From an uncultured Chloroflexia bacterium (GTDB lineage Bacteria > Chloroflexota > Anaerolineae > JAAYZQ01), in assembly GCA_963700285.1 (NCBI GenBank), contig CAVOXA010000006.1:128001-192000 (forward strand): DNA of 64,000 bases, written 5' to 3'. The position numbers and the translations under genes were made by a program. Below the pieces are notes generated by a model that was given only the letters and a program-made list of their open reading frames with translations, ran no database searches and was not told where the DNA came from. The number at the start of each line of letters is the position of its first letter. Within the stretch, counting starts at the first letter, position 1. This document shows positions 10,069-22,959 of this stretch, piece by piece.

Positions 10069-13000
10069 ATGAGTGACGATCGCTTCGATGTTGAGGTGAA
10101 TGCCGCTCGCGAGCGATTGGATTGGCTGTCGCAGCGTGTTGGCGACTTGCCAGCGTCCGAGCGGGCGCTGGCGGGAGAGATGTTGGAGGCCTTTGCAGTC
10201 AGCGTAGAGGGACTCCAGGCGGCAGGAGAGGTATTGCAGCAAAAGAACCAAGAGCTGCCGGACATGACCGAGGCCGTGCAGGCAAACTTGGAACGAATGC
10301 GCACCCTGCAGCAGATCAGCCAACAGAATCAATTTCTGCAGACCGTACTGGATTCCTTGGCGCACCCCTTCTACGTCATCAACGTTGCGGACTATACCGT
10401 AGAAGTGGCCAACAATGCAGCCCGCGCAGACCAATTGCAGGGGAAAGCTACCTGTTTTGCCCTGCTGCACGGACGCAGCCGGCCGTGCGAGACTGATAAT
10501 TATCCCTGCCCTCTCCAGGAGCTCCTGAACACGAAAGAGTCCACGGTAGTCGAACATGTGCATTTCGAAAAGGATGGCCACCACCAGTACGTCGAGATCC
10601 ATGCCTTTCCCATTGCCGACTCGGAAGGCAAAGTAACCAAGATGATCGAGTACACCCTGGACATCACCGAGCGCAAGGAAGCCGAGTTGGCTTTGCGCGA
10701 ATCAGAATCACGCTGGCGCTCACTGACCCAGACCTCACCCGACCACATTCTGATGCTGGACACAGACCTAACCGTCCGATTCGCAAACTATGCTTCGCCG
10801 GGTTTAACGATCGACGAACTCGTCGGCAAACCCCTTTACACCTTGGTAGATGAGTTCAGGCAGTCTGAAATCAAAGCCATTCTGGAAGAGGTGCTGCGGA
10901 CCGGAGTCCCGGCCCGCTATGAAACAGTCTATCCTTCCCCCGATGATGGTGACCTCCACTACGAGTCACACGTAGCTCGCCGGATACTCCCTGACACAGA
11001 CCAAGTCGTCGGCCTGACGCTCAGCGCCCGGGACATTACCGAGCGCAAGAGGACCGAGCAGGCGCTGCGCGATAGCGAGGCGAAACTGCGCGCGCTGTTC
11101 GAGATCCTGCCCATCGGGCTCTCCGTCCTGGATCATACCCGCAACATCAAACTCGCGAACCCGGCCCTGGCGGAAATCCTGCGGCTTTCTCACGATGAGG
11201 TGACGAACGGCGCGTATGAGATGCGTACCTACCTCCAGGCTGATGGTAGGGAGATGCAGCCCGGCGACTTTCCCAGCATTCGGGCCGTTCGTGAGCAGCG
11301 GCCTGTCCGCAACGTAGAGATCGGCATGGTGAAGGAGGATGGCGAGCAGATCTGGACCAGCGTCAGCGCCGCCCCGCTGCCCTTTGATGACTGGCGGGTC
11401 ATCGTCGCCACAGCGGATATCACCGGCCTGAAGAGAGCCGAAGTAGATCTGGAGCAGGCGCGCGACGAACTGGAACTGCGCGTCGACAGAACGAACAGCC
11501 GAGTTGCTGCAGCTCAACCAGGTGCTGCGGGCCGAGATTACCGAGCGCCAGCAGGTGGAGGCGGATCTGCGGAGAAGCGAGGAGCGCTTTCGCCAGCTTG
11601 CGGAGCACATCAGCCACGTCTTCTGGATCACCGACTTGGCCGACAATCGATTCTTGTACATCAGTCCCGCCTACGAGGATCTGTGGGCCCAGGCGCGACA
11701 GGCTGGCCTACGAGCAGCCCACCGCTTTTCTCGATGCCGGTGCATCCGGAGGACCGCCAGCGCATGGCGTCAATCCTGGAGATGGGCAGGTGGGAAGAAC
11801 AGATGGGCAGCTTCGGCTCGTGCGGCCTGACGGCTCGCTCGTCTGGGTGCGGGTTCGCGCCTTCCCTGTCCAGGACGAGCACGGCCGGACCTATCGAGTG
11901 GCCGGGATCGCGGAGGAGATCACTGAGCAGGTCCAGGCCGTCCAACTGCTGGAACAGCGCGTAGAAGAACGCACCCGCCAGCTTTCGACGCTGCTGCAGA
12001 TTGCGCAGCAGCATGACCCTGACTCTGGAGCTGGGTCCGCTGCTGGACATGATCCTCGACGGGCTCGATGACGTTGCTGCGTACGATTGCGCCATCATCT
12101 ATGAGCTGGAGAGCGAGGAGCTGGTTGCTCTGGCTCATCGCGGGATCGGCAGCATAGGGAACGCGAGGCACGGAGCTCATCCCACTGGCAGAGTCAGGCC
12201 GTGGCGCAGACGGATCGTTGCCGATCAGGGGCCGGTCCTGATCTCCGATATTCGCGGCCGGACGGACGATAGCCTGCTTGCTCCCCATGTCCGATTGGGC
12301 TTGCTGTGGAATGGCCGTCCCGCTTCGGCTTCGACAGAAGGTGGTGGGGTTATTGATCCTCTATTCGTCCCAGCCGCAGTCCTATTCGTGGCAGCAGACC
12401 GGGTTGCTGCTGGCCCTGGCCAACCAGGCGGCCGTCGGCATTGAGAATGCCCAGTTGTACGAGCGAACGCGCAGCCCTGGCCGCGGTAGAGGAACGACAG
12501 CGTCTGGCTCGCGACCTGCACGACGCGGTCAGCCAGACTCTCTTTTCGGCCAATATCATCGCCGAAGCGTTGCCCCGCCTTTGGGATCGGGATCCGGAAA
12601 GCGTGCGCAGGCGTCTGCCGCAATTGCACCACTTGACCTCTGGGGCGCTGGCCGAGATGCGCACCTTGCTGCTAGAGCTGCGGCCGAACGCGCCTGGTCG
12701 ATGTGAAACTGAGCGAGCTGCTGCAACAAGCCGTCGATGCCTTCTCCGGCCGGACTCGCAGACCGTCGTATCTCTGACGCTGTCAGGCCAGCGGCGCCTG
12801 CCGGCAGAGGTCCAGGTTGCCCTGTACCGCATTGCCCAGGAAGCATTGAACAACGTGGCCAAACACGCCAAGCGCCGCAGAGGTCGACGATTCATCTCCA
12901 GATGCGAGCCGGACCGGGTCGAACTGCGCGTCCGGGACGATGGACAGGGCTTTGATCCCGACTAGCGTCTCCTCCGCGTGCATGGGGCTCAATATCCTGC

Positions 13001-13095
13001 GCGAGCGAGCCAGAGGCAATCGGCGCGAACTGGAGGTCTCGAGCCGGCCGGGCGACGGCACCGAGATCGTGGTCGTCTGGACCGAGACGCCCTGA
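10069..13095 (+). CDS. Cytoplasmic multi-PAS/GAF sensor histidine kinase, HisKA_3 (NarX-like); frameshifted
   Basis: Repeated DITERK PAS ends, GAF end ALANQAAVGIENAQLYE, EERQRLARDLHDAVSQ, RIAQEALNNVAKHA and DDGQGFD. Confidence 0.88.
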
Positions 13096-13113
13096 AGGAG
13101 AAGGAAGAGATCG

Positions 13114-13785
13114 ATGTCACAACCAAACTCCCACGCGGGTGATGATCGTGGATGACCACGACATGGTACGCAGCGGATTGGCCGTCTTTATCGACACCTT
13201 TGACGACCTGGTTCTGGTTGGCGAAGCCTCGGACGGTGCCGAAGCGGTCCGACCTCTGCGCAGAGGTCCAACCGCACGTGATCCTCATGGACCTGTTGAT
13301 GCCCAGGATGGATGGCGTCGCCGCCACGCGCGCCATCCGCCAGGCCTCACCCGGATATCCAGGTCATTGCCCTCACCAGCTTTCAGCGACCGCGACCTGG
13401 TACAGGGCGCCCTGCAGGCGGGCGCGCTGGGGTACCTGCTCAAGACTGCTTCGATCGACGAACTCGCGGAGGCGATCCGCAACGCGCGCCGGGGCCGGCC
13501 CAGTCTCGCCCCCGAAGCGCTGCAGATCCTCGGTCAGCGCCACCAGCCAGCCACATCAGCCAGGACATGACCTGACCGATCGCGAGCGCGAGGTACTGGC
13601 CCTGATGGCAGAGGGCCTGAGCAATCCTGATATCGCCCGCGCGGCTGACGGTCGAACTGTCCACGGTCAAGACCCACGTCAGCAACATCTTGTCCAAACT
13701 GGAAGTCTCCAACCGCATGGAAGCCGCCGCCTTCGCCCGGGAGCACAAGCTAGTCAATGGGAGGAGCGCGGCCTCCTCCCATTGA
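13114..13785 (+). CDS. NarL/LuxR-family response regulator (frameshifted)
   Basis: MIVDDHDMVR, ILMDLLMPRMDG, GYLLK; HTH LTDREREVL..GLSN..TVKTHVSNILSKL. Confidence 0.88.
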
Positions 13786-13815
13786 CCGAGTCCAAAATCC
13801 ATCTACTGGCGGACG

Positions 13816-13856
13816 AAAAACCCCTCGGGTGCCCGATGCACCCGAGGGGTTTTTGT
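13816..13856 (+). terminator. Intrinsic terminator, probably bidirectional
   Basis: AAAAACCCCTCGGGTG-loop-CACCCGAGGGGTTTTT. Confidence 0.8.
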
Positions 13857-14053
13857 TGTATTCTGAGGATGGCGTAATGCGCTACTCACGCGAATGCTGA
13901 GATCGGATGACGCCCAGAGACCGGTGCTGCTCTGCCAGGTGCTGCAACGCGATCCAGGTGGGGAGAGAATGCGCGGTCCAGGCCCCAATTCTGATGGAGA
14001 GAGCCGGTCTCAAGACCCCTGCCCGAAGCATTGGGCGGAGGAAAGAGGGGAAG

Positions 14054-14599
14054 ATGGTGGATCCGCGCATTCGGGTGATGATCGTCGACGACCACGAGAT
14101 GGTTCGCAATGGACTGAGCATCCTCATCGAGGCTTTCGATGACCTTGACCTGGTGGGTACGGCAACGAATGGACAGGAAGCGATCGAATTGTGTGACAGG
14201 ATCGAGACGGACGTCGTGCTGATGGACCTGGTCATGCCCAAGATGGACGGCATCACCGCCATCCGGATCCTTCGCCAGAGCCATCCGCAGATCCAGCTCG
14301 TGGCCTTGACAAGTTTTGGCGACGAGGAATTCCTGGAGGCAGTAATGAAAGCGGGCGCAGCCAGCTACGTACTCAAGAGCGCCCCAATAGACCAGGTTGC
14401 CAGGGCCATCCGCGCCGCCGCTCGCGCTTCGGCCCCCCTTCTGGATATGGTCCCGCAGGGGGCGGCCCCTGCCTCTGTCAGTCACAAGCCAGGCGGCGGC
14501 CAGTTCAATGAGCGCAGCAAAGTCCCACAGGTCCGAACGGGCATGGACCGGGGGAGATTTCCCACGCCTTCACTTGAGATCAGTTGGAGGCGAATCTGA
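14054..14599 (+). CDS. Response regulator receiver protein with no recognisable HTH
   Basis: VMIVDDHEMVR, VLMDLVMPKMDG, ALTS and YVLK; C-terminal tail does not resemble LuxR. Confidence 0.75.
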   Translation: MVDPRIRVMIVDDHEMVRNGLSILIEAFDDLDLVGTATNGQEAIELCDRIETDVVLMDLVMPKMDGITAIRILRQSHPQIQLVALTSFGDEEFLEAVMKAGAASYVLKSAPIDQVARAIRAAARASAPLLDMVPQGAAPASVSHKPGGGQFNERSKVPQVRTGMDRGRFPTPSLEISWRRI

Positions 14600-14688
14600 C
14601 CTGGCCGGCAAAGAGGCCAGCGAATCTGTACGCGGCTGTACGATGATGGATCCTTTCAAGAGAAGAGAAGGAAAAAAGGAGAGATGCC

Positions 14689-17600
14689 ATGCTCACGCGC
14701 AAGTTGCTCGACCGATTACTCGTCGTCTTGATGCTCACTTCCCTGGTGCTGAGTGGCAGCGTGCCCGCGCTCGGGCAAGAGCCAGGCCAGGCATCTGGCA
14801 GCAAGAAGGAAATCAAACAATGGTACAAACAAAAGATGAAAAAGGAGAAGGAAAAGAAGGAGAAGCGGATCACGCCTGCTGACCGGCAGGCCGCGGCCGA
14901 GCGCGCCGCGGCCGGTGGCTTCACGCTTGAAGCGATGTTGGCAGCGGCACCCGCCCTGCCGGGCGAGACGCCCCGCTACTTCAGCCACCCCAACTATGCC
15001 AATAGTCCGCTGCCGGCGGTCACCGGGCACTGCTCCGTGACTACCGCTACGGCCTGTAGCGCCTATACGGACTGCCCGGCAGGCGAATCCTGCGTGGTTG
15101 ATGCCGTCTCCGGCGGCATCCGCAAGTTCGTGGACGGGCTGCCGGGCCTCAATGCCCCAAACAACCTCGGCCAGTACATCCCGGTCGCCGTCCCCGACAC
15201 GACCACCTACCCCGGCTCGGATTACTACGAGATCGCGGTCGTCCAGTACCGGGAGCAGATGCACTCGCGACCTGCCGGGCGACGGGGAACGCTGCTGCGC
15301 GGCTACGTGCAGCTCTCGACGAGCGCCTGCGCGCGCGGGAACCGTTCCAGCTGTCCAACGAGATGCTGGACGGGACATCGGTGCCCACGGGCTACAGCGG
15401 CGTGACCGCGCCCCACTACCTGGGGCCGACGATCGTCGCCACCAAGGACCGGCCCGTGCGCATCCTGTTCCGCAACCTGCTGCCCACGGGCCTGGACGGC
15501 AACCTGTTCATCCCGACCGACGTGACGGTCATGGGCTCGGGCATGGGGCCTGACGTTGGGCGGCATGATCGAGGACACGGCCGGCCAGGGATCCCATGTG
15601 CGGCCAGATCGATCCCGCCACCAGCCTAAAGCCGGTCGGCTGCTTCACCGAGAACCGCGCCACCCTGCACCTGCACGGCGGCATCTCGCCCTGGATCAGC
15701 GACGGCACGCCGCACCAGTGGATCACCCCGGCGGCGAGAGGCCGTACCCCGATGCCGCGGCCGGGGAGAACAAGGGCGTCAGCGTGGCCTACGTGCCCGA
15801 TATGTGGTTCGACGCGCAGCGGCGATACGATTGCCAGTTGCGCGGGCAGCACGACCTGCGCGTGGCCGGCGCCACGAACGATCCGGGCGACGGCGCGCAG
15901 ACCTACTACTACACCAACCAGCAGAGCGCCCGGCTGATGTTCTACCACGACCACGCCTGGGGCATCACCCGCCTGAACGTCTATGCCGGCGAGGCCGCGC
16001 CCTACGTCATCACCGACGACACCGAGCAGGCGCTGGTCGACCGCGGGGCTCATCCCCGGCCCTGCCGACACGATCCCGCTGGTCGTCCAGGACAAGACCT
16101 TTGTGCCGAGCGCCGAGCAGCTCGCCGTGTCAGGACTCGACCTGGGACTATAGCCGCTGGGGCGGCGAGGGCAACCTGTGGCTGCCGCACGTCTACTCGC
16201 CGGCGCAGAACCCGGGCGACGCTTCGGGCGTCAACCAGTTCGGCCGCTGGGCCTACGGGCCGTGGTTCTGGCCGCCTACCCAGAACATCCTCTACCGGGC
16301 CGCTCGCCAACCCGTACTATGACCCGAGCTGCGACCCTGACCACGCGATGGTGCGAGCCGCAGATGATGCCCGGCACGCCCTTCAACTCCATGGGCATGG
16401 AGGCCTTCAACGACACGCCGGTCGTCAACGGCACCGCCTACCCGACGATCACGCTGGAGCCCGAAGGCGTACCGCCTCCGCATCCTGAACGCGGCCAACG
16501 ACCGCTTCTTCAACCTCAGCTTCTATCAGGCCGTCGACGCCAACGGCATCCTGTGCGATGGCACCAACCACTCCGGCGCCGAGAGTCACCGGGGTGGCCT
16601 GCACCGAGGTCGCCCTGAATCCCGCCGAGGTGGCGGCAGCGCTGGACGACCCGCACCGGCGTCTTCCCGACCCCATTGGCCGGCACCGAGGGCCCGAGCT
16701 GGATCCAGATCGGCACCGAGGGCGGCTTCCTGCCGGCTCCGGTGGTCATCCCAGCCCAGCCGACCACCTGGGTCGACCGACCCGACCGTGTTCAACGCCG
16801 GCAACGTGGACCAGCACTCGCTGCTGCTCGGCCCGGCCGAGCGGGCGGACGTGATCGTCGACTTTTCCGCAGTACGCCGGCCAGACGCTGATCCTGTACA
16901 ACGACGCCCCGGCGGCCTTCCCGGCGCGCGACCCGCGCTACGACTACTACACCGGCAACGCCGACCTGACGGACACGGGCGGCGCGCCTCCGACGCTGCC
17001 CGGCTACGGCCCGAACACCCGGACCGTCATGCAGATCAAGGTGAGACGCGGCACCCAGCCCCTGCCTTCGACCTGGCCACCGCTCGAGGCAGCCTTCGCC
17101 CACCAACCCGATGGCTCGGGCGTCTTCGAGTCGGGGCAGCACCCGATCATCGTCGGGCAGGCCGCCTACAACTCGGCCTATGGCACCACCTTCGATCAGC
17201 GGCCGGCAATCCGGATGGGTTCGCGCGGATCACCGACTTTTCGATGACCTTCAAGACGCTGTCCGGCGCAGCAGATGATCGACTTCCCGTTCCAGCCCAA
17301 GGCGATCCAGGACGAGATGGGCGAGGCCTTCGACCGCGAGTACGGCCGCATGAGCGGCAACCTGGGCCTCGAGGTGCCGCTGACGGGCAGCCGGGGTCGC
17401 GCAGAACCTGATCCTGTACCCGTACTCGAACCCGGCCAGCGAGCTGATCGACGCGACCAATCTGCCGATGGCGCTGGATCCCGACGACCCGACCGTACAA
17501 GGTCCGCCGATCTCCGACGGCCAACGACGGGACGCAGATCTGGAAGATCACGCACAACGGCGTGGACACGCACCCCATCCACTTCCACCTGTACGACGTG

Positions 17601-19700
17601 CAGCTGATCAACCGGGTCGGCTGGGACGGGATCATCCGCCCGCCCGACGCCAACGAGCTCGGCTGGAAGGACACGGTGCGCATCAGCCCGCTGGAGGACA
17701 CCATCGTGGCCCTGCGGCCGGTCAGGCCGGTGCTGCCTTGGGACCTGCCCAACAGCGTCCGGCCGCTCAACCCGGCGATGCCGGAGGGCTCGACCGTGGC
17801 GTTCAACAGCACGGATGCGAACGCCAACCCGACCGCTGCCCATCATCGAACCAGATGACGAACTTTGGCTGGGAGTACGTCTGGCACTGCCACATCCTCA
17901 GCCACGAAGAGATGGACATGATGCGGCCCCAGATGGTGGCCGAGCCGCCGCCCGCGGTGACCGACCTGGCGGGGATGTGGGTGAATGACGGTAAAGGCTA
18001 CCAACGGGAATCGGCTGACTTGGACGGACAATTCGATACACGAGACCGGCTTTGACGGTCCGGAGAGGGCTATCTGCAAACGTGCGGACGGTCCCTGGAC
18101 GTGATGCCTTTGGCCACAGTGGGCGCCGACGTCAACGACATACACAGATACGAGCGCCAAAACAGCCGACCGACGTCTACTTCTATCAGGTATTCGCCAT
18201 CAACACGGTCGGCTTTACAGGCGTGCCCGGCTACAAGAACTTGACGGCGACGAGTGTAGGCTCCAACATCGTTGGGATGCCTGGAGGTGTGACTGCCAGC
18301 CGTTCCGGCGGCTCCGACCAACCTGACGGCGCGGTTCAGACTGGCCCCCAGGTCCGGCTGGATTGGACCGATAACGCCAACAACGAGACCAGCTTTGTCA
18401 TCCAACGGGCGGTCGGCGCGGGCGCGTTCTCCGTCCTGGCCTCAGTCGGTGCGAATACCACCACCTACACCGACCTGACCGTGGTGCCCGGCAACACCTA
18501 TAGCTACCGGGTGGCGGCCGTGAATGCGGGGGCCAGTCCGCCTACTCGAACACGGCGTCCGTGGCCGTTAACCCGGTTTCGACGGGCCCGAGCGGCCTGG
18601 TGGCAGCGATTCAGGCTGGACCCAAAGTCCGGCTGGATTGGACCGACAACTCCACCAACGAGACCAGCTTCCTCATCCACCGGGATGACAACGGGGGCGG
18701 CTTCTTCTTCCTTGCCTCAGTCGGTCCGAACATCACCACCTTCACCGACCTGACCGTGGCGCCCGGCAACACCTATACCTACCACGTGGCGGCCGTGAGC
18801 TCGGCGGGCCAGTCTGCCTGGTCGAACGATGCGACCGCGGATGTCTTGGTGCCGGCGGACCCGAGCACCCTGACCGCAACGCTTCAGGCCGGACCCCAGG
18901 TCCTGCTGGATTGGACCGATAACGCCACCAACGAGGATAGCTTTGTCATCCAACGGTCTGACAACGGGGGCGCCTTCGGCACCCTGGCCACTCTCGGTGC
19001 GAATGTCACCACCTACACCGACACGACCGTTGTGGTCGGCAATACCTACGACTACCAGGTGGCGGCCGTGAACGTGGTCGGCTCTTCGAACTATGCTGGA
19101 CCGGCGAACGTGGTCGTGACGGGTGCCCCGCCTGTGCCGGCCGACCCGAGCGGCCTGGGGACAACGGTTCAGGCTGGACCCCAGGTCCTGCTCAACTGGA
19201 CCGATAACGCCAACAACGAGGATAGCTTTGTCATCGAACGGGATAGCGGGGTCGGCTTCTCCGTCCTGACCTCGGTCGGTGCGAATGTCACCACCTACAC
19301 CGACACCTCCGTAGCGGCTGGCGGTAGCTACAACTACCGCGTAGCGGCCGTGAACCTGGGGGGTCAGTCCGGCTGGTCGAACGTGGCGAACGCGGTGGTA
19401 CCGGCGCCCCCGGGCGGCCCGGCCGCCCCGTCGAACGTGACCGCCCAACGCTCGAATCGCCGTGTCTGGATCCGCTGGACCGACAACGCCAACGATGAGA
19501 CCGGCTTTGTCATCCAGCGAGCCAACGATGCCGGCTTCACGGTCAACGTGGTGCCCTACAATGTGCCTGCCAACGACACGAGGTACAGGACGCCCGGCAA
19601 GCTGTCGAACGGCGTGTACTACTTTAGGATACAGGCGGTCAACGGCTCCGGTGCATCTGCATGGGTGACCTCCACGCCGCCCTCCATCACCATAGATTAA
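14689..19700 (+). CDS. Large secreted multicopper oxidase with about 6 C-terminal FN3-like repeats (OmpB/MofA-like); multiple frameshifts
   Basis: Signal peptide; Cu motifs LHLHGG (~15665), FYHDH (~15945), HPIHFH (~17571) and WHCHILSHEEMDMM (~17882); repeats WTDNxxNEtsF at 18.0-19.5 kb. Confidence 0.85.
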
Positions 19701-19711
19701 GCTCCACAGTC

Positions 19712-19752
19712 GCAGCGGGGGAGGGAGCCATCCCTCCCCCGCTGCATGTTTC
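19712..19752 (+). terminator. Intrinsic terminator after the oxidase gene
   Basis: GCAGCGGGGGAGGGA-GCCA-TCCCTCCCCCGCTGC followed by ATGTTTC. Confidence 0.7.
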
Positions 19753-19971
19753 AGACATGCATGCCACTCACTGTCATTCGCTCGGCGCCGCTGCCCCCGG
19801 GATAGAGCCACGAAGGATCACTCGCTTTTGAGAACAGAATCCCTGCTACTGCACTGTGGACGGACGCCCACAGAGTTCAAGATCCTACGGGTGCAAAGAC
19901 CCAGGGAGGCGTCTCTGATTGAGTCGCGATATGGGCAGACCTGACAGGTTCTTGGCTCATGGTTGCGTGAG

Positions 19972-20001
19972 TTGACTCTGATCTCTAATGTGAGGTATAA
20001 T
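19972..20001 (+). promoter_or_regulatory. Sigma70 promoter of the DUF4418/ABC operon
   Basis: TTGACT, 18 bp spacer, TATAAT. Confidence 0.65.
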
Positions 20002-20073
20002 GAAATTCAGCCTAGTCAGCGATCTGTTTCGGAGAGGACACACAAATCCCCTCCATTCTTGGGCCCAGGAGGC

Positions 20074-21287
20074 ATGATGCTCTCCAGAATCCTGCGAATA
20101 GCGGCTCTATTGCTGTTTACGTCCGGCATCTCGTGCGGCTGCGCGGACTCGACAGTGCAGGCGCCGCTCCTCACGTCTCCGTCTGTGCCAGTCGCTGTTA
20201 CCCCGGCGCCGGACGCTACAGCGTCCGCAGGCACCGCCGCGACCGCGACTCCTACAGACGCAGCGGCGTCCACAAAGGTCGCTGCCGACGCGACTGCAAG
20301 TCCGACTTTCACGGACGCAGCGGCGTCGACCGACTCCGGTGCCTCTGAACTGACAACAATCGTCGTCTACAGCCAGCCGCCCAGCCCCGATGGTGGATTC
20401 CTTCATTCTTCCTTGCGCGACCCGGACGGCAGCGAAACCGACCAGTGGACCTGGGACAGTTTCGCCTTCGATAGGGCTCGGACCATCACCGAGTTGCGCT
20501 GGCAAGGAGGCTACGACCCTGACAGACGCGACTCCGGCGGTCCGGTGCGCGATTTCACGGTAGAGATCTATGCTTCCATCCCGTCCGGCATCGAACCGGA
20601 CATCACCAAGCCCCCTCTGGTGCACTATGAGGTGGAGGGCAACGCCGGCGAGACGCCGGCCGACGTGCTGGGCGGCGTGCAGACCTATGATTACCAGTTT
20701 GTCCTGCCGGCCCCCTTCGAGGCCGACGCCTGGACGCAGTACTGGATCCAGATCGAGGCGCTCCAATCCGGCGCGCCGGACTGGGGGCTGGCCAAAGGCA
20801 CCAGTGGCGACCTCCAGTATTTCCGCAGAATCCCAGGTCAGGGCTATAATTACTGGACGGCTCAAGGCGACGCGGCCTTCGAGATGCTGGGGCCGGGCCT
20901 TGAAGCTGACGCGCCTGTCCCTGAGGTCACGAAATCGCCGGAGGAGATCGCCGCGCTGGTGGAGGAGCTGCCACCGGTCGAGGAGATCCCCGTGAATGCA
21001 GAGGGCGTCCAGGAGATCGTCCTGGTCGTCTCGCGCAGCGGCTATACGCCGGGCCATTTCGCCGTCAAGGCCGGTGTCCCGGTCCGCCTGACCTTCCGGC
21101 AACTGGGCTATGTCCCTGGTGGCAACATCCTGCTCATCTACTGGGACTCGCAGGACAGAGATACCCCTGATCCTCACCTCGCCGGGGGACGCAGAGGTGA
21201 TCGAATTCACGCCGCACGGAGCCGGGCGATTACCGGTTCAGCTGCCCGCATGACTGGTACGAGGGTGTGATGACGGTGCAGGAATGA
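20074..21287 (+). CDS. Exported (lipo)protein: Ala/Thr linker, unknown beta-rich domain and C-terminal cupredoxin-like domain (frameshift near the 3' end)
   Basis: AGGAGG RBS, signal peptide; GYTPGHFAVKAGVPVRLTF ... EFTP..GDYRFSCPHDWYEGVMTV. Confidence 0.7.
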
Positions 21288-21324
21288 CTTCCGGTTACAG
21301 CAAGCTTCTTTCCTGGAGGAAAAG

Positions 21325-21759
21325 ATGAAAACGGTTCTGGGTGTCGTCATGATCGTCCTGGCGTTGGTTATGGCCATCGCGCCGGTTTTCACCGATTGCG
21401 AGTCGCAGGGTAAGATGCTGACGACCGCTGACGGGAGGAGTGTATCCATGAAGTGCCACTGGGCGGGCATCGCCGAAGTCGCGGCGGCCATCCCCCTGGC
21501 CCTGGCAGGCATCTGGGCGCTGCGCAGCCGGCGCAAGGAAACGACGCGCTTTGCGGCCATTGTCGGCGTGGCGGCCGGAGCGACGGCCATCCTGTTGCCG
21601 ACCGCGCTGATCGGGACGTGCGGGAATCCCATGATGGTCTGCAACCTGATGATGCGGCCGATCCTGCTCGCGTCGGGCATCCTGGCAATTGCGGCCAGCA
21701 TCGCCCTGTTTGTCATTGCGCGGGAGCATGAGCTCCCGGCCGCCCCGGCTGCCGCATGA
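21325..21759 (+). CDS. DUF4418-family membrane protein
   Basis: FTDC...MKCHWA...LIGTCGNPMMVCN pattern with 4 TM segments. Confidence 0.8.
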   Translation: MKTVLGVVMIVLALVMAIAPVFTDCESQGKMLTTADGRSVSMKCHWAGIAEVAAAIPLALAGIWALRSRRKETTRFAAIVGVAAGATAILLPTALIGTCGNPMMVCNLMMRPILLASGILAIAASIALFVIAREHELPAAPAAA

Positions 21760-22954
21760 GCCTGCTGCGGCTTGCCTGGAGGAACATTGCCGGCAACGGG
21801 CTGCGCAGTTGGGTCGTGGCGCTCTGCGCCCTGGTGGTGGCTGCCTTTGCGTTGTTCGCGACGCTTCTCCTGCGCGGGACAGCCACCAGCCTGGAGCTGG
21901 CGGCAGACCGGTTGGGCGCCGATATCGTCGTGGTGCCGGAGGGCGCCCAGACCGAGATGGAAGGCGCGCTGCTGATGGGCGTCCCGGTCGCAGTTCTGGA
22001 TGCCGGCGGAGAATGTGGAGAAACTGGCGGCCATCCCCGGCGTCGAGGCCGTCTCCCCGCAGATCTACCTTGCCACGTTGGTGGACGCCTCGTGCTGTTC
22101 GGTCTCTGAGATGTTCATGGTCGCCTACGATCCCCAGACCGACTTTACGGTGCGGCCCTGGCTGGAGGAAAGGCACTCTCCGCCGGGTTGGGGCTCGGCG
22201 AGGTGATCGGCGGCGACTATATCTTTGCCACGGAAGGGCGAGGATGGCATCCTGGTGTACGGCGACCTGGTGAGGCTCAAGGGCAACCTCGAGCCGACCG
22301 GCACCGGGCTGGATCAGAGCCTCTTTTTCACCCTGGATACGGCGCGCGACATGGCCCGCGTCTCCGAGACCGAGGCGGAGGAGCCTCTGGTCATCCCGCC
22401 GGATCAGGTCTCGGCTGTTCTGCTCAAGACGAAACCAGGCGCGGATACCGAGCCGATCGCGGTGGAGATCTACCGGACCGTGCCAGGGGTCTATCCCATC
22501 CAGAGCGCCAGTCTGTTCCAGTCATCGCGCACGCAGTTGAAGAGCTTGCTCAACACGGTGGTGATCGTGATGGCATTGATCTGGCCGCTGGCCGTCGTGC
22601 TGATCGGCATGATCTACCTGATGGCCGCCAACGAGCGCCGCCGCGAACTCGGGGTGTTGCGGGCGCTCGGGCGCCACGCGCCGCTTTGTCGCCGAGTCGT
22701 TGCTGGTCGAGGCCAGCCTGCTGGCTCTCTGTGGCGCGTCGGTTGGGGTCTTTTTGGCGGTGCTGGCGATCTACCTCTTCAGAAGGTTGATCATGGTCTC
22801 GCTGGGCGTGCCCTTCCTCTTGCCGTCGCCGGGTTCGCTGGCGCTTCAGATCGGGATTGGGCTGCTGTTGGCCATGTTCAGCGTTTTCCTGGCCGCCCTG
22901 CTGCCGGCCATCAAGATCAGCCGGCAGGATCCGGCCATCGCCATGCGGGAGTAG
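21756..22954 (+). CDS. FtsX/MacB-type ABC permease (frameshifted)
   Basis: [37 protein letters not shown] and DPAIAMRE. Confidence 0.85.
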
Positions 22955-22959
22955 CGGCC

